DNA of 64,000 nt from an uncultured Anaerolineaceae bacterium (GTDB taxonomy: Bacteria > Chloroflexota > Anaerolineae > Anaerolineales > UBA11579), in contig CAZNFL010000009.1 of assembly GCA_964572455.1 (NCBI GenBank), forward strand, positions 443 to 64,442. Reading direction: 5' to 3'. The translations under genes and the position numbers were made by a program. Shown here one piece after another: positions 46,283 through 54,164 of the stretch. Each line of letters begins with the position of its first letter. The first letter of the stretch is position 1. The notes below the pieces were generated by a model, which worked only from the letters and a program-made list of their open reading frames with translations, had not been told where the DNA came from and did not search any database.

Positions 46283-47461
46283 ATGCCACTCGATTTTATT
46301 TCTGTCAAGCAGCAGATCCAGCGCCTGGCGGCGGAAGCGCCGGCCCAGCTCAGGCACCTGGAGATCCTGCGGCGGCACGCCGGCGAACTGCTGGGGGTTT
46401 ACGCCAACAAGCAAGACGAGCTGCGCGCCAAGGTAGAGCAGGCCGCCGGAGAAGATAGCTTCCTGCGCAGCGCCAAGCCGACTGCCGAAGCGCTCAACGC
46501 CACTTTCGCGCTGCCCAAGGCGCCCGCCCAGGCCACGATCATCGCCGCCGACGGCTCGCAGATCAGCCCCAACCGCCACGAGGCGATCAACTATTTCCTG
46601 ATCAATCTCGGCGCCATCCAACTCTCCCCCTCCACCGGCGAAACCCCGACTACCTTCACGCGCAGCGAACTGCACGTAGCCGAATACTCGGCGAGCGGCT
46701 CTATCAATGACGACCAAGTGGCCCAGGCCCGCGACAAGAGTGAGCGCGTGCTGCTGGCCGAATTGGTCGCCCAAGCTCGCGGCCAAACTGTATTTACTCT
46801 CACCGATGGGCCGCTGGAGTTGTGGGGCGGGCGCAGCCGAAACCCGGAGGAGTTGGATAGTTTTGCCAAGCACCTCGAGGAATATTTAACCGCGCTGGGC
46901 TCGTTGCAAGCCGCCGGCGCTGCAACCGCCGGCTACGTGGACAAGCCGCGCGCCGACCTGGTGGTGCGCGCCCTGGAAGTTGCCGCCACTCCGCTGGACC
47001 AGATGGCGGACATCCGCCACCAGCGCCCGTTGCGCGGCGTCACCGACTACGACTTGTTCTCCCGCATGCTGGCGCCCGGGGCGCGTTCGGCTTTGTTCGC
47101 TTTGCAGTCACAGCTCTCCTCAAAATACGAAGGTCCGCTGGCTTTGCATTTCTTTTATCTGAACGTGGGCGACGAAAAGACAATCTGGCTGGCGCGCGTC
47201 GAAGTGCCTGCCTGGGTCGCCGAGTCTGCCGCCATGCTGGATGGCTTGCATGCCTTACTGGTCGGGCAGTGCGCGGTGATGGGCATCCTCAGCTATCCAT
47301 ATGCACTGCACCGCGCCCACGAAATCGCCCTGGTCAGCCGCGAGGAAAAGAACCAGGTCACCCAGATGCTGCTGTCGGCTTGGCGCGCCGAAGGATTGGT
47401 TGTCGGCGCGCCTTCGCACAAACAAGCCATCAAGGATTTGCCGGGCCGAACAATGAGGTAA
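46283..47461 (+). CDS. NurA-domain nuclease
   Basis: IIAADGSQISPNRHEAINYFLINLG, TLTDGPLELWG and GYVDKPRADLV match the conserved NurA Asp-containing blocks. Start set to ATG 46283. Confidence 0.7.
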   Translation: MPLDFISVKQQIQRLAAEAPAQLRHLEILRRHAGELLGVYANKQDELRAKVEQAAGEDSFLRSAKPTAEALNATFALPKAPAQATIIAADGSQISPNRHEAINYFLINLGAIQLSPSTGETPTTFTRSELHVAEYSASGSINDDQVAQARDKSERVLLAELVAQARGQTVFTLTDGPLELWGGRSRNPEELDSFAKHLEEYLTALGSLQAAGAATAGYVDKPRADLVVRALEVAATPLDQMADIRHQRPLRGVTDYDLFSRMLAPGARSALFALQSQLSSKYEGPLALHFFYLNVGDEKTIWLARVEVPAWVAESAAMLDGLHALLVGQCAVMGILSYPYALHRAHEIALVSREEKNQVTQMLLSAWRAEGLVVGAPSHKQAIKDLPGRTMR

Positions 47462-47471
47462 GGACGAGGAT

Positions 47472-48095
47472 ATGGCAGAGAAAACTTATCAGATCGGTCA
47501 CCTGTTGCGTTCCGGCATCGCCGGTTTCGTGGCCGGCTGCCCGATCGTCGACCAGGAGATCCCGCGCTTCGGCGAGCTGGTGCACGCGCCGATGGGCGGC
47601 AAGGACCGCATTTACGGAATTGTACACGAGATCAGCATCGCCGATGACGGGCTGGTGCGCCAGATCATCAACACCAGCCAGCCGGTGGACCCGACCGTGA
47701 TCGCCGACAACCGCACCAACCGCACCGTGCCGATGGAGATCAGCGTGCTGGCCGTCGGATTCCAGCGCGAAGGCGCCATCCACCATTTGCTGCCGCCGCG
47801 CGCCCCACTCAGCCTGGACCTGCTGCACCAATGCAGCGACGCCGAGTTGGCCGAGTTCACCAACGCCGGCCGCTTCGGTTATCTGCGCCACCTGCTGCGC
47901 TCCGGCATGGCCGGTGACCTGCCGGTGGCCGAGCTGATCGCCGCCCACGTGCAGCAAGCCGCGGCCGCCAACGAGAAGGCCGGCAACCGCGATTGGCGCA
48001 AGCGCGTGTCGCAAGAACTGATCACGCTGCTGCGCGACGACTATGCATTGCTGATGCAAGTCCTTTCAGCACTCTCAGATGCAATTGAGAATTGA
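47472..48095 (+). CDS. hypothetical protein between NurA and HerA genes
   Basis: 207 aa, 10 nt after the NurA stop. N-terminal beta-rich part, C-terminal helical part. Its stop codon abuts the left inverted repeat of the four-helix-bundle cassette. Confidence 0.6.
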   Translation: MAEKTYQIGHLLRSGIAGFVAGCPIVDQEIPRFGELVHAPMGGKDRIYGIVHEISIADDGLVRQIINTSQPVDPTVIADNRTNRTVPMEISVLAVGFQREGAIHHLLPPRAPLSLDLLHQCSDAELAEFTNAGRFGYLRHLLRSGMAGDLPVAELIAAHVQQAAAANEKAGNRDWRKRVSQELITLLRDDYALLMQVLSALSDAIEN

Positions 48096-48525
48096 GAATT
48101 TAGAATTTCGAATGAAAAACGAAAATGGCTTGACGCGCGAGAAGGATCTCCCAGCCCGGACCAAGCAGTTTGGTTTGCGGGTCATCCGCCTTGTCGATTC
48201 TCTGCCGCGCAGCAAGAGCGCTACCGTGATCGGCAACCAGTTGTTGCGCTCGGCCACCTCCGTCGGCGCTAACTATCGCGCCGCTTGCCGTGGTCGTTCG
48301 CGGGCAGATTTCATCGCCAAACTCGGCATTGCACTCGAAGAAGCGGACGAGTCTCTATATTGGATGGAAATGTTACTTGAGGCCGACTTGGTTGCTAGGC
48401 CAAAAATCCTGAGCTTGATCGACGAGGCAAATCAACTCGTCGCAATCCTGACGGCCTCTACAAAAACCGCACGAGCCAACATCGCAAGGAAATAATTTTC
48501 AATGGGAAACCAAATTCTAAATTCT
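48095..48525. mobile_element. putative inserted cassette: four-helix-bundle gene bracketed by a perfect 14-bp inverted repeat
   Basis: AGAATTTAGAATTT at 48095-48108 and its exact reverse complement AAATTCTAAATTCT at 48512-48525. AT-rich flanks inside a GC-rich operon. Confidence 0.5.
48112..48495 (+). CDS. four-helix-bundle protein (23S rRNA intervening-sequence protein family)
   Basis: FGLRVIRLVDSLPRS...IGNQLLRSATSVGANYRAA...SRADFIAKLGIALEEADESLYWMEML is the family signature. Confidence 0.85.
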   Translation: MKNENGLTREKDLPARTKQFGLRVIRLVDSLPRSKSATVIGNQLLRSATSVGANYRAACRGRSRADFIAKLGIALEEADESLYWMEMLLEADLVARPKILSLIDEANQLVAILTASTKTARANIARK

Positions 48526-48569
48526 AAAATAAACAATCTAAATTTCTTTTTGTTTTATCGAGGTTTGGT

Positions 48570-50225
48570 ATGAGCGAAAACATACATGGCCGAAAGCGCA
48601 TCGGCTTCGTCGTCGGCGGCAGCCTGAAGACGAACCTGCAGGTGCGGCTCGAGGTGCCTGCGCACGAAGTGCAGGAGGGCGCCTTCGTCGTCATCCAAAG
48701 CGATGACTGGTTCTTCCATGGCCTGGTCACCGACCTGCAGCTCGGCTCCACCGACCCGCGCTTCGCCGATGAGCAGACCGCCAACCGCCTGCCAGGCGAG
48801 CTGGCCGACCTGCTGCACGGCCAGACTTTATATACCAACCTCGAGATCCTGCCCGCCCTGATGATCACCGGCGGCGAGGACCCCCAGGGGCCGCTGCCGG
48901 TCAAGACCGTGCCCGCCCACCACGCGCCGGTCATGCTGGCCAGCGAGGGCGACATCGCCGAGATCTTCGGCGACCCGGCCGCCAAGGGTAACTTCGTGAT
49001 CGGCACGACCAGGGAACAAGGCCACCCGGTGGCTATCGACTTGCGCAAGTTCATCCAGCGCTCCTCGGGCATCTTCGGCGCCACCGGCACCGGCAAGAGC
49101 TTCCTCACCCGCCTGCTGCTGGCGGGCCTCATCCACCACAACGCCGCCTCGGTGCTGGTGCTGGACATGCACAACGAGTACGCCTTCGACGACCAGGATG
49201 AGAACGGCAACCCGGTCACCGGGCTGAAGACCAAGTTCCCCGCCAAGTTGCGCGTCGTCGGGTTGGGCGCCGGCGCCACCATCCGCGGCGCCGCGCCGGA
49301 TTTCAACCTCGAGATCGCCATGAGCGACATCATGCCCGAGGACATCGAGCTGCTGACCCGTGAGCTCAACCTCAAGGAGACCACTCCCACGACCCTGGAT
49401 GCGCTGGCGACCAGCTTTGGCCGCGGCGCCTGGTTCCAGGAATTCAAGAATATGAAGTCCGAGGGCACCATCGAGGGCGACGACGGCAAGCGCATGCCGG
49501 CACCGGGCAGCGTGGCCGCCTGGGCGGCCGAAACCGGCGCCAACCCGATGGCCGCCGAGGGCTTGCACAACAAGCTGCGCCGTGTGTTCAACAAGCCTTA
49601 TATTGCCGAGCGCCCGGCCGCCGACACCATCGGCGAGATCGTCAAGATGCTGGAGGCTGGGCAGCACGTGGTGCTGTCCTTCGGGCAGCACGAGAGCGAC
49701 CTGGACTATTTGCTGGTGAGCAACTTGCTCACCCGCCGCATCCGCCAGCGCTGGGAGCTAGCAACCAACAGCTATAGAACCAGCGGCAAGCAGGAGCCGC
49801 GGCCGCTGGTGATCGCGCTGGAGGAGGCGCACAAACTGCTCAACCGCGAGATGGCGGTGCAGACCACCTTCAGCACCATTGCCCGCGAGCTGCGCAAATA
49901 CTACGTCACCCTGCTGATCATCGACCAGCGGCCCAGCCAGATCTACGACGAGGTCATGTCGCAGCTCGGCACGCGGGTCTCGGGCTGGCTGGGCGACGAC
50001 GACGACATCCGCGCCGTGCTCTCCGGGCTGGCAGGAAGGGAACAACTAAAGGGCATGTTGGCCAGGCTACAACCAAAAGAAGAAGTCCTCCTGCTTGGCT
50101 GGGGCGTCCCAATGCCTCTTCCAGTCAAGTCGAGAAGGTACGACGATACTTTCTGGCGGGAGCTGCTGGGGAAGGCGGGAGGCAAGCGGAGCGCCAAGGA
50201 TATCAATGAGGAGCTGGGGTTTTAG
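48570..50225 (+). CDS. HerA-like (DUF87, FtsK/HerA superfamily) ATPase
   Basis: N-terminal barrel-like segment, Walker A GATGTGKSF, VIALEEAHKL, LLIIDQRPSQI. Confidence 0.8.
   Translation: MSENIHGRKRIGFVVGGSLKTNLQVRLEVPAHEVQEGAFVVIQSDDWFFHGLVTDLQLGSTDPRFADEQTANRLPGELADLLHGQTLYTNLEILPALMITGGEDPQGPLPVKTVPAHHAPVMLASEGDIAEIFGDPAAKGNFVIGTTREQGHPVAIDLRKFIQRSSGIFGATGTGKSFLTRLLLAGLIHHNAASVLVLDMHNEYAFDDQDENGNPVTGLKTKFPAKLRVVGLGAGATIRGAAPDFNLEIAMSDIMPEDIELLTRELNLKETTPTTLDALATSFGRGAWFQEFKNMKSEGTIEGDDGKRMPAPGSVAAWAAETGANPMAAEGLHNKLRRVFNKPYIAERPAADTIGEIVKMLEAGQHVVLSFGQHESDLDYLLVSNLLTRRIRQRWELATNSYRTSGKQEPRPLVIALEEAHKLLNREMAVQTTFSTIARELRKYYVTLLIIDQRPSQIYDEVMSQLGTRVSGWLGDDDDIRAVLSGLAGREQLKGMLARLQPKEEVLLLGWGVPMPLPVKSRRYDDTFWRELLGKAGGKRSAKDINEELGF
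50141..50225 (+). repeat. herA 3'-end repeat, copy 1 (functional gene end)
   Basis: Encodes RRYDDTFWRELLGKAGGKRSAKDINEELGF*. Confidence 0.85.
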
Positions 50226-50469
50226 AACGGAAGCTAAAACAATATGGGAGTAGCTGAGGTATTTATGACTGTTTTAGATGACAAGTTGATTTTCCCACTG
50301 CTTCAAATTTTTTTTATGTTACTTTTTATCAACGGCTTGAGAATAGAATGGCGTTGTTTTACCAGAAAAAGCAATTTAACCATGAAAGTAACCAGGAGCA
50401 AACAGAGCTGGGCGTATTTCGAACTTTTCTTTGGTATTGCTTCACTAATTGCACTGGAGACAATCGCTT

Positions 50470-50554
50470 CGACGACACCTTCTGGCAGGAGCTGCTGGGC
50501 AAAGCGGGCGGGAAACGGAGCGTGAAGGAGATCAACGAGGAGCTGGGGTTTTAG
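50470..50554 (+). repeat. herA 3'-end repeat, copy 2
   Basis: Reads (R)FDDTFWQELLGKAGGKRSVKEINEELGF*; about 80% nt identity to copy 1 by eye. Confidence 0.85.
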
Positions 50555-50570
50555 GGCAACTGTTCCGGTA

Positions 50571-51545
50571 TTAATCCTTTCGCGGGATTAGTTTCAGTGC
50601 ATAATCTTTTGCGTTTTCTAAAATTTCATCATATTCGCTCGAGTGGATGGTGTTAACTTCGTAATCTTTTCTTACGTTATCAATAAATGAAGCGAAATCC
50701 TCATTTTGTTCACAAAGTTTATTCATTAATTCCCAATCAAGCTGTCCGCGTTCCTTTGCAGGAAAAACAACCTCGGAAGAATCAATGTCCTCTAGATCGA
50801 GACGGATGATGCCAATTCCAAAAGCTGTGGACAATCTCTCAAGTTCAGCTAATAAGTCGTCGCGTTGTTCAACAGTTGAACCAACTAAATATCCTTCATT
50901 GGCCCAGGATGAATTTGACACTGCCTGAAAAAACGCTTCGCGATAATTATTGCGATTTATTTGTTTTTTTATTTCAAATGAATAAAACTTTATATTTGAT
51001 CGATCTACAACCTTACTCAAAGCCATCAATTTTGCATTCCATTCTTCAATTGGGATATGGAAGCCGACCATATCGGGATGAGTCCATTCGTTTATTTCTG
51101 CATGTTTTGATTTTTCGTGAAAGATCGTTTTTGAATATATTTGCCGGCCCCTATTAAAAGTTGGGTTTGAGTAAACATAATATGCTAATAATGGATGAAG
51201 TTCACGTTCGCGAAAAACGTGCGCAGTGGGATCTTTATATTTTCCATTATCCCCAACAGAAAGGGCCTTAATCAATTCTGGCGTAATTTCGCTTCCACGA
51301 GATTTTAAAAAGAATCTAGCCGGATACTCTCCAATTTTTAAGAATTGAGATTTTTGATTCTTTACATCTACATATAATCGAGCACCTAATGTTTGCCAAG
51401 GCGTTTTGCCTTGAGATTGTAATTTTTGGTCAAGATTCATTTCCTTTCCCCGCTCCCATATTTCCTGATAGGTCATTGGCGCAGCGGCCGCTTTCAAAAC
51501 TTCCTCTGCGAAATCCAAGAATGTCAAATCAGCTTGCATGGACAT
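50571..51545 (-). CDS. HARE-HTH domain protein with PD-(D/E)xK nuclease-like C-terminal region (HrgA/COG2958-like)
   Basis: N-terminal LTFLDFAEEVLKAAAAPMTYQEIWERG...FLKIGEYPARFFLK is HARE-HTH. The central WTHPDMVGF ... FYSFEIKK matches PD...ExK spacing. Confidence 0.6.
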   Translation of the reverse strand: MSMQADLTFLDFAEEVLKAAAAPMTYQEIWERGKEMNLDQKLQSQGKTPWQTLGARLYVDVKNQKSQFLKIGEYPARFFLKSRGSEITPELIKALSVGDNGKYKDPTAHVFRERELHPLLAYYVYSNPTFNRGRQIYSKTIFHEKSKHAEINEWTHPDMVGFHIPIEEWNAKLMALSKVVDRSNIKFYSFEIKKQINRNNYREAFFQAVSNSSWANEGYLVGSTVEQRDDLLAELERLSTAFGIGIIRLDLEDIDSSEVVFPAKERGQLDWELMNKLCEQNEDFASFIDNVRKDYEVNTIHSSEYDEILENAKDYALKLIPRKD

Positions 51546-51670
51546 TGCCTTTACTCATCTTTTTAGAAGGGCTATTTCTCGATTATACATGCCAATCTCC
51601 GATCTCTCTCTTCCCGCAATCGAACCGGAGGCGTGGTCCAGCATGGATGTTTTTGGTAGTTATAGTAGTT

Positions 51671-51809
51671 TGCGCAGCTTCGCTGCGCGGTAGAAGCTAC
51701 TCGGCTGTGCCGAGTAACGCTTCTCCAGCGGGACCATGGGATTTTTGATTGCTGCGCAGCTTCGCTGCGCGGTAGAAGCTACTCGGCTGTGCCGAGTAAC
51801 GCTTCTCCA
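51671..51809 (+). repeat. two identical 57-nt units of hairpin repeat family B
   Basis: tgcgcagcttcgctgcgcggtagaagctactcggctgtgccgagtaacgcttctcca at 51671-51727 and 51753-51809. Each unit contains the imperfect palindrome gaagctactcggc/gccgagtaacgcttc. Confidence 0.9.
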
Positions 51810-52080
51810 TGGCTATACCGGGATTTTTTGATTTACAGATTGCGGCAGTCTTAAGAGAGAGATTCGGATAGCTCTTCGCTGCTCCTTCGCTTCGCTCAGG
51901 GCAGGCTCTGGCTTCGCTGCTGAAGTGCGGCGTGCGACAAAAACCGTCGCGAACGCCGTCCTCGCAATGACGAACCCTTTATAGGACGTGGCGGGAGATT
52001 GCTTCGCATCGTCACGCCTTGCCTGCGGCAGGCTTACTAGCTCGCAATGACGGTGGAGGCGCATGGTAGGTATGTGGCGT

Positions 52081-52140
52081 TGCTTCGCAACGCCTTGGGA
52101 GAAGCTACTCGCCTACGTCGAGTAACGCTTCTCCATGGCT
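52081..52140 (+). repeat. family B hairpin repeat, diverged copy
   Basis: ...gagaagctactcgcctacgtcgagtaacgcttctccatggct. Confidence 0.75.
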
Positions 52141-52181
52141 AAAGCGTGGTAGGTATGTAAGTATTGTCGGTGTAGGCGGTT

Positions 52182-52226
52182 TGGTAACTATGGTAATTAT
52201 GGTAGTTATGGTAATCATGGTAGGTT
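52182..52226 (+). repeat. five tandem 9-nt units TGGTARNTA
   Basis: tggtaacta tggtaatta tggtagtta tggtaatca tggtaggtt. The array overlaps the last codons and stop of the 52215 gene. Single TGGTAGKTA motifs also occur at 51654, 52064 and 52147. Confidence 0.8.
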
Positions 52227-52862
52227 TGGTTGCCCTTGGGTGAAGGTAGCGCGCAAGAAAGCATTGCGCCGCTCCTCCGCTGGGTCGGGCAGCTCGGGCC
52301 CAGCTTCGATGGACTCCTGGATAAGGCCGTTTAGCAGCTCATTGACCGAGAGTTTGAGCGATTTATCGATGGCGGCGGGGACGGCGAAGTAGTAGATGCC
52401 CCCGGGGCGGAAGAATTTCATGGCGAAGCCTTTTTTGACCAAGACGGTGAGGCGCTTGTGGGTGTTGGCGGGGTCCTGAACCAGGACGCGGCTCAACTGG
52501 GCCAGGGAGGACACTCCGGCGTAGCGCAGGGCGATGAGAGCCTCCTTTTGGCGGTATGAGAGATCGACCAGGGGCATGACGGAGCGGGATTTGGCCAGAG
52601 CTTTTCTCAGCATTTTTCGCTCCCAGTCGCCCATGTTATCCAGGGCGGATTTGAGCGCAAACAGCGGATCTAACCCGGCTTTCAGGGCGCGCTCGATGCG
52701 CTTGCAAAAGCGCGGCCAGGGGCCGTCAAGGAAGTCCAGGTGGGAGGAGGGCAAGCCCTGCAAGACGGCGTACAACATTTCTATGGTGAGCATGGCGGCA
52801 TTATCGGGCGAAACGGGAGTTTCGTGCGAAAATGGGGCGAATGTCAAGGGGCTGGACGGCAA
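52215..52862 (-). CDS. hypothetical protein with winged-helix (MarR-like) segment
   Basis: YRQKEALIALRYAGVSSLAQLSRVLVQDPANTHKRLTVLVKKGFAMKF. TTG start at 52862 overlaps herA-repeat copy 3, so ATG 52793 may be the true start. GC-rich, unlike its neighbours. Confidence 0.5.
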   Translation of the reverse strand: MPSSPLTFAPFSHETPVSPDNAAMLTIEMLYAVLQGLPSSHLDFLDGPWPRFCKRIERALKAGLDPLFALKSALDNMGDWERKMLRKALAKSRSVMPLVDLSYRQKEALIALRYAGVSSLAQLSRVLVQDPANTHKRLTVLVKKGFAMKFFRPGGIYYFAVPAAIDKSLKLSVNELLNGLIQESIEAGPELPDPAEERRNAFLRATFTQGQPNLP

Positions 52863-52910
52863 GGGGCGGGCCGGGGAGCGGAGCGCCTCAATGAGGAACT
52901 GTAATTTTAG
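52843..52910 (+). repeat. herA 3'-end repeat, copy 3 (degenerate)
   Basis: gtcaaggggctggacggcaaggggcgggccggggagcggagcgcc[7-nt gap]tcaatgaggaactgtaattttag aligns to copy 1. Confidence 0.7.
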
Positions 52911-53000
52911 CTAGGAGGTGGCCTCGGGAAACAAAACGAGTTGGTTAAACATGGCAGAGAATAATCGTTATAGTAGAATTCTGGCACTAGGACGGGAACC

Positions 53001-54158
53001 TTGTTGCCAAAAATATTGCATGTATCATCGAGATTCTTAGAAGGAGTGAAGTCTACAACACCCGTACACAACAATACGCATAATTTGTATATATATCCAG
53101 CTAGGTTTTCCCCTCTTTTTGTAAAAAATAGTCTTCTCGAGTTTGCAACTACAAAGGATCTAGTTCTTGACCCATTTGCCGGCGGGGGAACAACATTGGT
53201 TGAGGCCATGAACAGTGGGATAAAGTCTGTTGGGTTTGACACCAATTCACTTGCCTGTTTTATTTCGAAAGTTAAAACAACGCCTCTGACGGATTTGGAA
53301 AGAAAGCATATCTTAGATTGGCTTCCGTGCGCTATTGATCAAGCAAATTTGCATACAGTTCTCAGCAAAAAGTATCGAAATGATGAGCGGGGATATAAGG
53401 ACGGGCTTCCATGGACAATCAGAAAATTTCTTGAATTAATAGTCCGGAGCATGGATGATCTCCGCTCCACAACTGAGAGAGATTTTATAAGATGCACTCT
53501 TTTAAGAGTTGGACAATGGTCTTTGGGGAAACTGTATATTCCCAGCGCTGAGGAGGTAAGGCTCTTTTTCTCTGAATTAGTACAAAAATCCCTAGACGCG
53601 AACAGGGAGCAAAGTCAAAATCTTTCACAAAAAAGACCTAGTATATTTAATAAGTCAATCGATGAAATTGACAAAGCATGGTGGAAGAATACCATTGGTA
53701 AAAAACCCAGTTTAGTTATTACATCACCTCCGTATCCAAATGTCCATGTTTTGTATCATAGATGGCAAATCATGGGGCGCAAGGAAACTGCTGCACCTTA
53801 CTGGATCGCAAATAGGCTTGACGGGAAAAGCCAGTCGTATTACACATTGGGAGCAAGAACAAAAAAGGGAGTAGACGATTATTTTCTTGCTGTGCAAAGC
53901 ATTTTTTCTAAACTCTATGAATTACTTGCGCCAAATGCACTGGTCATCCAATTAGTTGGGTTTTCAAACGATAAGCAACATTTCAATAAGTATTTGGCAG
54001 GAATGGAAAATGCTGGCTTTTTGCGACTAACGATGCAATCAGGTTTTAAATTTTTCCCTTATCTAAAAAGAGAAGTACCTCACAGGCGTTGGTATGCAAC
54101 AATCAAGGAAAGTTTGAGCACTTCATCTGAGTTTCTAATTATTCACAAAAAAGGGTAG
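53001..54158 (+). CDS. DNA amino-methyltransferase (N6A/N4C type)
   Basis: Motif I VLDPFAGGGTTLVEA near the N-terminus and motif IV LVITSPPYPNV ~180 aa later. TTG start. Confidence 0.75.
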   Translation: MLPKILHVSSRFLEGVKSTTPVHNNTHNLYIYPARFSPLFVKNSLLEFATTKDLVLDPFAGGGTTLVEAMNSGIKSVGFDTNSLACFISKVKTTPLTDLERKHILDWLPCAIDQANLHTVLSKKYRNDERGYKDGLPWTIRKFLELIVRSMDDLRSTTERDFIRCTLLRVGQWSLGKLYIPSAEEVRLFFSELVQKSLDANREQSQNLSQKRPSIFNKSIDEIDKAWWKNTIGKKPSLVITSPPYPNVHVLYHRWQIMGRKETAAPYWIANRLDGKSQSYYTLGARTKKGVDDYFLAVQSIFSKLYELLAPNALVIQLVGFSNDKQHFNKYLAGMENAGFLRLTMQSGFKFFPYLKREVPHRRWYATIKESLSTSSEFLIIHKKG

Positions 54159-54164
54159 GTCTTT

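Noticed and set aside
47430-48059. 209-aa minus-strand ORF competing with the 207-aa + strand ORF
   Set aside because: The minus-strand product is Gly/Ala/His/Gln/Val-rich shadow-type sequence. The + strand ORF is co-oriented with and tightly spaced from nurA, and has balanced composition.
48524-49691. 356-aa and 287-aa minus-strand ORFs across the herA region
   Set aside because: They are antisense to the HerA-like gene, which carries clear Walker motifs. Their sequences are low-complexity and Ser/Pro/Ala/Gly-rich.
50244-50554. 93-aa and 68-aa + strand ORFs after herA
   Set aside because: They sit in AT-rich low-complexity sequence. The only meaningful part is the duplicated herA end, and there is no RBS or conserved-looking domain.
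52215-52862. wHTH protein as a possible integrase or excisionase for the cassette array
   Set aside because: No tyrosine- or serine-recombinase motifs are present. Only a MarR-like winged helix is recognisable, so calling it a recombination directionality factor would be pure speculation.
52534-52914. 126-aa + strand ORF
   Set aside because: It is antisense to the wHTH gene. Its C-terminus (KGLDGKGRAGERSASMRNCNFS*) is simply the degenerate herA-end copy read in frame.
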